This document shows positions 39,932-46,761 of a stretch of 64,000 nt of DNA, piece by piece. The position numbers and the translations under genes were made by a program. Where the stretch lies: contig DAOUKL010000030.1 of NCBI GenBank assembly GCA_034421335.1, positions 8,753 through 72,752 of the forward strand. The letters run 5' to 3'. Source of the DNA: Dehalococcoidia bacterium (GTDB lineage: Bacteria > Chloroflexota > Dehalococcoidia > Lucifugimonadales > Australimonadaceae). The notes beneath the pieces were generated by a model. The model saw nothing but the letters and a program-made list of their open reading frames with translations. It did not search any database and was not told the origin of the DNA. Position 1 is the stretch's first letter. The number at the start of each line of letters is the position of its first letter.

Positions 39932-41296
39932 ATGTACGCGGAGAAGCTGCCTCCTCATGACCCGAATGCCGAAGAAGCAGTTGTCGGCTCCCTGCTGATA
40001 GATGGGGAGGCGATCAACCGGGTCGCGCCGCTCGTCAAGCCGGAGGACTTCTACCGCGAACGCAATCGCTGGTGCTACGAGGCTTGCCAGTCGCTCTACC
40101 AGCGGGGCGAGACGATAGACCAGATCAGCGTCGCCCGTGAACTGTCCCTCAAGGAGCGGCTCGACGGCGTTGGCGGGTTCGGGTATCTCAGTCACCTCAT
40201 CTCCGCCGTCCCCACGTCGCTCCACGCGGAGCATTTCGCCCAGATCGTCAATCGCACCGCGACGATGCGTCGCCTCATACAGGCGGCGGGCGACATCGCG
40301 GCCATCGGCTACGCCGACGCGCCGGACGTGGACCAGGCCCTGGAGCAGGCCGAAGACCTGCTGTTCCGCGTGCGGAACACCCACGCAACGCGCGACTTCG
40401 TCACCATCCGGGAGGTGCTCGACCAGTACCTCGAAGAGACCGCCGACCTGGGAGCGCTCACACGGAGCGTTGCGCCGGTCCCCAGCGGCTTCATCGATCT
40501 CGACAACGCGCTCGGACGGCTCCAGCGGGGAGACCTCTTCATCCTTGCGGCGCGGCCCTCCATCGGGAAGTCGACGCTCGCCATCAACATCGCGCGCTAC
40601 GCCGCCGGACAGGGGGCCGTAGCCGCCGTGTTCAGCCTCGAAATGAGCAATGACCAGCTTGCACTGCGGCTGCTCTCCGCCGAGGCGGAGATCGACAGCC
40701 ACCGGTTGCGCATGGGGCTGCTGGGCGAGCGCGACAACGACCGTATGCTCAACGCGGTGGGCGCCCTTTCCGACCTCCCCATCTACATGGATGACTCGCC
40801 GGCGCAGACCGCGCTGGAGATGCGCTCGAAGCTGCGCAGGCTCCACACCAACCGCAACCTCGACCTCGTTGTCGTCGACTACCTCCAGCTCATCTCGGGG
40901 CGCGGCAACCGGGGGGAGAACCGTGTGCAGGAGTTGAGCGAGATCACCCGGCAGCTGAAGGCGATTGCGCGCGACCTGAACGTGCCGCTCATCGCCATCT
41001 CGCAGCTCTCGCGCGCCATCGAGCAACGCCCCGACCACCGGCCGCAGCTCTCCGACCTGCGGGAGTCAGGCTCGATTGAGCAGGACGCCGACGTGGTCGT
41101 CTTCATCCACCGGGAGGACAAGTACCTCACCGCCGAGCAGTGGGAGCAGCGCCATCCCACCGAGGCCTACCCCGAGAACCTCGTGCAGCTCGTCATCGCC
41201 AAGAACCGTCACGGCCCGACGAACACGGTGCAACTCTACTTCAGGGGGAGCTTCTCGCGGTTCGAGAACCTTGAGTCCGAGCTGGCGCGGCGATGA
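39932..41296 (+). CDS. dnaB: Replicative DNA helicase
   Basis: PPHDPNAEEAV, AARPSIGKST, FSLEMS, VVDYLQL, SQLSR, LSDLRESGSIEQDAD, AKNRHGP. Confidence 0.98.
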   Translation: MYAEKLPPHDPNAEEAVVGSLLIDGEAINRVAPLVKPEDFYRERNRWCYEACQSLYQRGETIDQISVARELSLKERLDGVGGFGYLSHLISAVPTSLHAEHFAQIVNRTATMRRLIQAAGDIAAIGYADAPDVDQALEQAEDLLFRVRNTHATRDFVTIREVLDQYLEETADLGALTRSVAPVPSGFIDLDNALGRLQRGDLFILAARPSIGKSTLAINIARYAAGQGAVAAVFSLEMSNDQLALRLLSAEAEIDSHRLRMGLLGERDNDRMLNAVGALSDLPIYMDDSPAQTALEMRSKLRRLHTNRNLDLVVVDYLQLISGRGNRGENRVQELSEITRQLKAIARDLNVPLIAISQLSRAIEQRPDHRPQLSDLRESGSIEQDADVVVFIHREDKYLTAEQWEQRHPTEAYPENLVQLVIAKNRHGPTNTVQLYFRGSFSRFENLESELARR

Positions 41297-41940
41297 ACGC
41301 GCGCCGGGCCAGGTTCGACGCCTGCGAGAAAGCGCTGCCGGTCCCTGCGTCGCTGCTGGGGTCGCTTCTCGCCGAGATCGACGACGTCGCGGAATTGAAG
41401 TGCGCCCTGCGCGTGGCGGGGCTCGCGGCGCGGGCGAGCGGCGCCCCCAAGCGCGTCGCCGCCTCCCGCCTGGAGACGGACTCGGCGCTGCTCGCCGCCC
41501 TTGGTTCGCCGGAAGAGATCAGGCGGGGGGTGGAGCGCGCCGTGGAGCGCGGCGTCCTGCTGGAGGCGTCGGGCTGGCTGCTGCTGCGGACCCCGCAGAA
41601 TGAGCAGGCGGCGGAGCGGCTCGGCCTGGCCCCGGAGTTCTACGGCGAAGAGAGGGCGGAGCGCCCGAACGTCTACGAACTGTACGAGCAGAACATCGGC
41701 ATGCTGACGCCGTTGGTGGCCGACGAGTTGCGGGACGCGGAGAGGGAGTACCCTGCGGGGTGGGTGGAAGCGGCCATCAGGGAAGCGGCGGCGGGCAACG
41801 TCCGCAACTGGCGTTACGTCGCCGCGGTGCTGGAGCGGTGGAAGAACAGAGGCAGGGGAGCAAAGCGCCGTGGAGAGCCTGGGCGACATCCTGAGACGCT
41901 TACAGCAGCAGAGTATGACGCGCTCCGGCGACGCTCCTGA
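41293..41940 (+). CDS. DnaD-domain protein
   Basis: NVYELYEQNIGMLTPLVA...WVEAAIREAA..NVRNWRYVAAVLERW; lies between dnaB and a DnaC-like ATPase. Confidence 0.85.
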   Translation: MNARRARFDACEKALPVPASLLGSLLAEIDDVAELKCALRVAGLAARASGAPKRVAASRLETDSALLAALGSPEEIRRGVERAVERGVLLEASGWLLLRTPQNEQAAERLGLAPEFYGEERAERPNVYELYEQNIGMLTPLVADELRDAEREYPAGWVEAAIREAAAGNVRNWRYVAAVLERWKNRGRGAKRRGEPGRHPETLTAAEYDALRRRS

Positions 41941-43255
41941 GTGGCTGAAGGAGTTGGACGCCGAGCCGGAGGCGCCGGTCTGCCCGCTGTGCGCGGGGCG
42001 CGGGTGGGTGCGGCGCGACGTTCCGGTGACGCACCCGGACTTTGGCCGCGCGTTCCCTTGCTCATGCCAGGAGGAGGCGAGCGCCGGTCAGCGGCTGGCG
42101 CGCCTGCTGCGGTTCAGCAATCTCGGCATGCTGGCGAGCGTGCGCTTCGACGACCTCAACCCGCAGGGTCCGGGCGCGGGCCCCGAGGCCCAGGCGCGGT
42201 ACGGCATCGCGCTCGACGTTGCGCGGAAGTTCGCCGAAGCCTCCGCCGGCGTGCTGCTGCTCACCGGGGGCCACGGCGTCGGCAAGACGCACCTCGCCGC
42301 CGCCGCCGCCAACCGGCTGATCGAGCGCGGGCAACCCGTGTTCTTCGCCTTCGTGCCGGACCTGCTCGACCAGTTGCGCGGCAGCTACAGCCCGGACTCG
42401 GAGTTGAGCTTCGACGAACTGTTCGACCTCGTGAAGAACGTGCCGACACTGGTGCTGGACGACCTCGGCGGCCACAGCGGCGCGGCATGGGCGGAAGAGA
42501 AGCTCTTCCAGATAATCAACCACCGCTACGTATCCAACCTGCCGACCATCGTCACCTCCTCCGTTCCTGTCGACCGGCTCGACGGCCGGCTGCAGACCCG
42601 GCTGACCGACTCGCGGTGGTCGCGGGTGATCGACCTTGGCGGCAGCGCGCGAGCAGGGACGACGGCTATGGGGGCCATCGAACCCGCGATGCGTCAGTCG
42701 ATGACCTTCGCCTCGTTCTCGCCGGAGGGAAGAAACCTCAGGGGTTACGCGCGGGAGACCCTGAAGGCGGCCTACGACGCCGCGTGGTCGTTCGCGGAAG
42801 ACCCCAGGAGCTGGCTGGTGCTGTTGGGGGACACAGGCTGCGGCAAGACCCACCTGGCAGTCGCGGTGGCGAACGTTCAACTCGAGCGGGGGCGTGAAGT
42901 CTTCTATGCCCTCGTATCCGACCTGCTGGACGACCTTCGCGAGACGTACAGCCCGGACAGCCGGGTCACGTACGACGAGCAGTTCGATCGGGTGAAGCAG
43001 GCCCCGCTGCTCATCCTGGACGACTGGGGGGTCCAGAGCTCGACGCCGTGGGCGCAGGAGAAGCTCTACCAGATCGTCGTCCACAGGCATCACGCCAGGC
43101 TGCCGACGATCTTCACGATGCGCGAGATTCCCAACGGTGAGAACGACCCTATCGCGTCGCGCCTGAACGACTCGCGCGTTTCAACGGTCTGCATCATCCA
43201 GGCGCCGGACTACCGGCCCTCCGGCAACCGCGGCAGGGGCCGATCGTCCCGATGA
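41870..43255 (+). CDS. DnaC/DnaI/IstB-like helicase-loader ATPase with two tandem AAA+ domains
   Basis: N-terminal CPLCAGRG...PCSC zinc motif; Walker A GGHGVGKT and GDTGCGKT; Walker B LVLDDLG and LILDDWG. Confidence 0.88.
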   Translation: MESLGDILRRLQQQSMTRSGDAPEWLKELDAEPEAPVCPLCAGRGWVRRDVPVTHPDFGRAFPCSCQEEASAGQRLARLLRFSNLGMLASVRFDDLNPQGPGAGPEAQARYGIALDVARKFAEASAGVLLLTGGHGVGKTHLAAAAANRLIERGQPVFFAFVPDLLDQLRGSYSPDSELSFDELFDLVKNVPTLVLDDLGGHSGAAWAEEKLFQIINHRYVSNLPTIVTSSVPVDRLDGRLQTRLTDSRWSRVIDLGGSARAGTTAMGAIEPAMRQSMTFASFSPEGRNLRGYARETLKAAYDAAWSFAEDPRSWLVLLGDTGCGKTHLAVAVANVQLERGREVFYALVSDLLDDLRETYSPDSRVTYDEQFDRVKQAPLLILDDWGVQSSTPWAQEKLYQIVVHRHHARLPTIFTMREIPNGENDPIASRLNDSRVSTVCIIQAPDYRPSGNRGRGRSSR

Positions 43256-43692
43256 CGGGGGAGAGGGGCGCGGGGGAACGCTGCGATTTCTGCGCGATCA
43301 TCGCCGGTGAGCTGCCGCGCGAGATTCGCTACGAGGACGACGAGTTCGTCGTGTTCCGCAACAAGCTCGAGTGGGCGCCGGTCATGTGGCTCGTCGTTCC
43401 CCGCCGCCACATGGGCCAGATGGAGTTCTGGACGTCGCCGCTGTTCGAGCAGGGGGCGCGTCTCGCCGTCGCGGTTGGCGAGCAGGATGCGCCCGGGGGC
43501 TTCCGCATCGTCTCCAACTTCGGCGACGACGCCGCGCAGTCGCAGTCCCACGGACATCTGCACGTGCTAGGCGGCGCCGACCTCGGGCTGTACATGGACT
43601 GGCCCGGCAAGGGCGACTACCGGCGCATCGTGTACGGCGGGCGGCGGGCGTCCGCTCCGGCGCCGCAGGCGGAGGCGGAGCGGCGGAAATGA
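43252..43692 (+). CDS. HIT-family protein
   Basis: CDFCAII N-terminus and HGHLHVL histidine triad. Confidence 0.88.
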   Translation: MTGERGAGERCDFCAIIAGELPREIRYEDDEFVVFRNKLEWAPVMWLVVPRRHMGQMEFWTSPLFEQGARLAVAVGEQDAPGGFRIVSNFGDDAAQSQSHGHLHVLGGADLGLYMDWPGKGDYRRIVYGGRRASAPAPQAEAERRK

Positions 43693-44069
43693 CCGACGTG
43701 CTGCTGGTGGGCGCGGGAGGCTTCATCGGCGCGGCGTCGCGCTACGGTGTGCTGGTGGCCGTCAGCCGTCTCCTGGGTCAGCCGGCGTTCCCATGGGGAG
43801 TGCTCGCCGCGAACGTGCTCGGATCGCTCCTCATCGGCGTTCTTGCGGGCCTGGCCGAGACGCGTCAGGTGTTCAGCGCCGAGACGCGGCTCTTCCTGTT
43901 CATCGGCGTCCTCGGAGGGTTCACGACGTTCTCGTCGGTGAGCAACGACACCTTCATCCTGCTGCGCAACGCCGAGTACGCGTCGGCCGCGGCCAACATC
44001 GCGCTGTCGGTGGCGCTTGGCCTCGCCGCCGTGGCCGCTGGCTACGCCGGGGCGCGCGCGTTGTCGTAG
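43689..44069 (+). CDS. crcB: Fluoride efflux channel FluC/CrcB
   Basis: GGFIGAASRY, FPWGVLAANVLGS, GVLGGFTTFSS; start at ATG 43689. Confidence 0.95.
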   Translation: MTDVLLVGAGGFIGAASRYGVLVAVSRLLGQPAFPWGVLAANVLGSLLIGVLAGLAETRQVFSAETRLFLFIGVLGGFTTFSSVSNDTFILLRNAEYASAAANIALSVALGLAAVAAGYAGARALS

Positions 44070-44126
44070 GTCCCACCCTCCCCGCAGGAGTGGGGAGGGT
44101 CGAGCGCGAAGCGCGAGGGGAGAGGT
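44070..44126. repeat. REP-like palindrome (CCCTCCCC...GGGGAGGG with a GCGCGAAGCGCG hairpin)
   Basis: Between convergent genes; similar motifs at 9221-9245, 27330-27355, 33086-33128 and 58764-58910. Confidence 0.6.
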
Positions 44127-45194
44127 TTACGCGCCGATGCTCGCGATGCCGTAGAGCTTCGAGACGTTCTCGCGGAGCAGCTTGGCGCGCACGTCTGCGG
44201 GCAGGGCGCCCATGTCGCGTGCGACGATCCGCCGGGAGTCGGGCCATGTGGAGTTGCCATGCGGGTAGTCGCTGGACCACATGCAGTTGTCGGCGCCCCA
44301 CCAGGAGAGGAGCCTGCCGCCGACCGCGTCGTTGAAGAAGGTTGCGTACACCTGCCTGTTGAAGTACTCGCTGGGAAGCATCGTGAGGTCCAGGGCGGCC
44401 CGGTCCTTGCCGTGGCGCTGGTAGTAGTAGTCCCACTGCTCCAGGATGAAGGGCAGCCAGCCGATCTCGTTCTCAACGAGCACCAGCTTGAGCCGGGGGA
44501 AACGCTCCAGCACGCCGGAGAATATGAAGTCGTACAGGGCGTCCATCGCATAAACGAGCTTCAGATTCACGCTGGTCCGTTCCTGTTCGATGCCCCTGTC
44601 CCCTTCGCCGAAGGCCTGCCGCAGGTTGTAGCCGTGGCCGCTGAGGATGTGCAGGGAGACGGGCATGTCCAGGTCCTGGGCGCGCGCCCACAGGGGGTCG
44701 TAGTGGCGCGACGTGAAGGGAAGCTCCGGGGCGGGTACCTGCCACACCACCACTCCGGACATCCCGGCCTTGCGGCAGCGCTCCATCTCTTCGACGGCCG
44801 CCTCGATCCGGTACGTTGAGAGCAGGCCGAGGCCGATGAGCCTGTCCGGGTCCGCCGAACAGTAGTCCGCCAGCCAGTCGTTGTAGACCCTGGCGCACGC
44901 CTCTTCCAGGTCGCGGTCGCCGAGGACGAGCGTCTTCAAGCCGTGCGTCGGATACAGCACCTCGGCGCTGACCCCGTCGCGGGCCATCTCGTTGACCCGT
45001 TCCGACTTGTTCATCCCGCCGGGAGCGTCGTTCCTCCGTGCTCCTCCCAGGTTGGGAGCGCGGTCGCGGAGCGCCCTGGGAAGGTTCTCCTTCCACAGGC
45101 CCGCAGGCTCGATCACGTGAGAGTCCGCCGAGATGAGCGCCTCATCGACCGCAGGGCCGACCTCGGGAGCGTAGGTGCGTTCGAGGATCCCCAT
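44127..45194 (-). CDS. Amidohydrolase-family (amidohydro_2) protein
   Basis: ISADSHVIEP, PVSLHI, ENEIGW, MWSSDYPH. Confidence 0.9.
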   Translation of the reverse strand: MGILERTYAPEVGPAVDEALISADSHVIEPAGLWKENLPRALRDRAPNLGGARRNDAPGGMNKSERVNEMARDGVSAEVLYPTHGLKTLVLGDRDLEEACARVYNDWLADYCSADPDRLIGLGLLSTYRIEAAVEEMERCRKAGMSGVVVWQVPAPELPFTSRHYDPLWARAQDLDMPVSLHILSGHGYNLRQAFGEGDRGIEQERTSVNLKLVYAMDALYDFIFSGVLERFPRLKLVLVENEIGWLPFILEQWDYYYQRHGKDRAALDLTMLPSEYFNRQVYATFFNDAVGGRLLSWWGADNCMWSSDYPHGNSTWPDSRRIVARDMGALPADVRAKLLRENVSKLYGIASIGA

Positions 45195-45393
45195 GACAAG
45201 CCTCCTCGCGAAACAGGCTACGGGCCATTCATGTCATCGCTGGCGCGAGTGTACCGCAGCAGCAGATGACTCACGACGAGCAGCGTATGAGCGGCGATGA
45301 GCGCGTTCTGCGCGCCCGCGAGCGCCGATGGCACGGAATGACTACGCCGTTTCACTCCTGCGGACGGGACTGCCGGAGGAGTGCCGCGAAAAA

Positions 45394-45500
45394 TTGTGGC
45401 TCATTTCTGCTCATTCAGCCTCATTGCACCTCTGACAACGCGTCTCCGCCAGCGCACCAAGTGGGACATTCCGGGACATTGTGAGCCACTGCACCTCTGA
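45394..45500. repeat. Cluster of short periodic direct and inverted repeats (att/arm-site-like)
   Basis: CTCATT x3 at 10-bp period (45400, 45410, 45420); GGGACATT x2 at 10-bp period (45463, 45473); TGCACCTCTGA x2 (45425, 45490); GTGGCTCA/TGAGCCAC inverted (45396, 45482). Confidence 0.6.
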
Positions 45501-45662
45501 GCCGCGCCAGACGGTCCGCGCCGGTTCCGGGCCTCGCAGCCAAACCATGGTAGGGCGGATGAGGACGATTGCGTAAGGGGCGCGTGTCAGTGATGTGGGG
45601 TATCCGCGCAGTTTGCTCTGGGTCACGGGAGTGACTGGATGAGGCTGCGGATGTATACTGAC

Positions 45663-45735
45663 TGGTGGAGCGGTGGGGAATCGAACCCCATGGGTGAGGG
45701 TGTCAAGGCCTACCTGGGAACCATCCCTCCGCCCC
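45663..45735 (-). ncRNA. Compact 73-nt tRNA-like RNA with an alanine-type acceptor (G3-U70, A discriminator, CCA) and non-canonical D/anticodon arms
   Basis: GGGGCGG/CCGCTCC acceptor, T arm TGGGG-TTCGATT-CCCCA, encoded ACCA, D-like hairpin GGGA-TGGT-TCCC, bulged middle stem. Confidence 0.7.
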
Positions 45736-45737
45736 AT

Positions 45738-45768
45738 GACCCCAAGGTGTTATCCTCACCTTGGGGTC
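45738..45768. other. Perfect 12-bp hairpin immediately 5' of the tRNA-like RNA
   Basis: GACCCCAAGGTG-ttatcct-CACCTTGGGGTC. Confidence 0.85.
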
Positions 45769-45777
45769 TCGCTCTCT

Positions 45778-45806
45778 AATCTAACCCGGAGTCTCTAGTG
45801 TGTCAA
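45778..45806 (-). promoter_or_regulatory. sigma70-type promoter for the hairpin plus tRNA-like RNA
   Basis: Minus strand TTGACA (45806-45801), 17-nt spacer, TAGATT (45783-45778). Confidence 0.7.
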
Positions 45807-45837
45807 CACAAGACAGATATACAGAGAGCTATGTCTA

Positions 45838-45867
45838 TTGACGTATCTCTGGGTGCAGTAGTAGTAT
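45838..45867 (+). promoter_or_regulatory. sigma70-type promoter for the 45889 gene (divergent)
   Basis: TTGACG, 18-nt spacer, TAGTAT. Confidence 0.55.
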
Positions 45868-45888
45868 CTGGCTGAGAACACACCCGAG

Positions 45889-46728
45889 GTGCCCTCTATG
45901 ACTGAATATGTACAGCAACAGAGTGCTAGGAAGAAGCCCCGGAGTCCTGCGTACCCCGCCATAGACCTGCCGGAAGCTCTGCAGAAGGCGGAAATTATCC
46001 GCGTGGCTGAGGGCAAGAACGCCACCAACGTGGAGACGGCTCTTGAGCACTGGGGCTACAGTGCCAAGAGCGGGCCAGGCAAGGCGGCCTTGTCAGCACT
46101 AATCAAGCACGGTCTCCTCGAAGACGAAGGGAAGGGCGACGAGCGCAGGGTGAACCTTACTCCGTTGGCTATGACCATTCTGCTGGACGACAGGCCTGAA
46201 TCGGTGGAGCGCTTGCATGCGATTCGGGAAGCTGCATTGCTACCAACCATCTACGGCGAGGTCTGGCGAAAGTATCAAGGTGCACTGCCATCCGACCCTA
46301 CTCTTCGGTACTACCTCCGGCATGACCGCAACTTTCTCGATGACGCTGCCGGTGAATGTATCAAGAATCTCAGATCTTCATTGGCCTATGCACGACTGCC
46401 TGAATCTGACCATGTGTCATCTGAGGTCGCTGACATGTCAGATCAGGTATCCCATACATCTGAAGATCTACAGTGGTCCGATGAAGAACCCTCGTTGGCA
46501 CCACCGTCCACTGTGATCCAACGCCGCCAGCCTGCACCCGAAGCAGCAGATGAGACAGCAACGATGCGAACGTTGCAGATTCCTCTCACGGATGCACCTT
46601 GGGCAACGATTCAAATTCCTTATCCAATGACAGCGCAAGACTGGGAGGAACTCAGAGCCTGGCTCGACTCCAACGCAAGCCCCCTCACCAAGGGCGCCGT
46701 GAAACCGATGCGTAACCCGCTAAACTGA
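45889..46728 (+). CDS. Hypothetical protein, possibly winged-helix DNA-binding, lower GC
   Basis: RSPAYPAIDLPEAL...WGY...AALSALIKHGLLE...VNLTPLA resembles a wHTH; more A/T-ending codons than neighbours; start may be 45898. Confidence 0.7.
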   Translation: MPSMTEYVQQQSARKKPRSPAYPAIDLPEALQKAEIIRVAEGKNATNVETALEHWGYSAKSGPGKAALSALIKHGLLEDEGKGDERRVNLTPLAMTILLDDRPESVERLHAIREAALLPTIYGEVWRKYQGALPSDPTLRYYLRHDRNFLDDAAGECIKNLRSSLAYARLPESDHVSSEVADMSDQVSHTSEDLQWSDEEPSLAPPSTVIQRRQPAPEAADETATMRTLQIPLTDAPWATIQIPYPMTAQDWEELRAWLDSNASPLTKGAVKPMRNPLN

Positions 46729-46761
46729 TACTTCACAGTCCCTCTCGCAGGAATCCGCGCC

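Noticed and set aside
41870-43255. IS21 element (istB)
   Set aside because: No IstA transposase or terminal inverted repeats; the gene is coupled to dnaB/dnaD
43600-43688. Fluoride riboswitch upstream of crcB
   Set aside because: crcB overlaps the HIT gene stop; no intergenic space or motif
45663-45735. tmRNA, tRNA-Sec or tRNA-Pyl
   Set aside because: No mRNA-like domain or UUCGAC (tmRNA); no UCA anticodon, 8-bp acceptor or long variable arm (Sec); no CUA anticodon or G discriminator (Pyl)
46729-46761. T-box leader for leuS
   Set aside because: Only 33 nt of spacer and no T-box consensus
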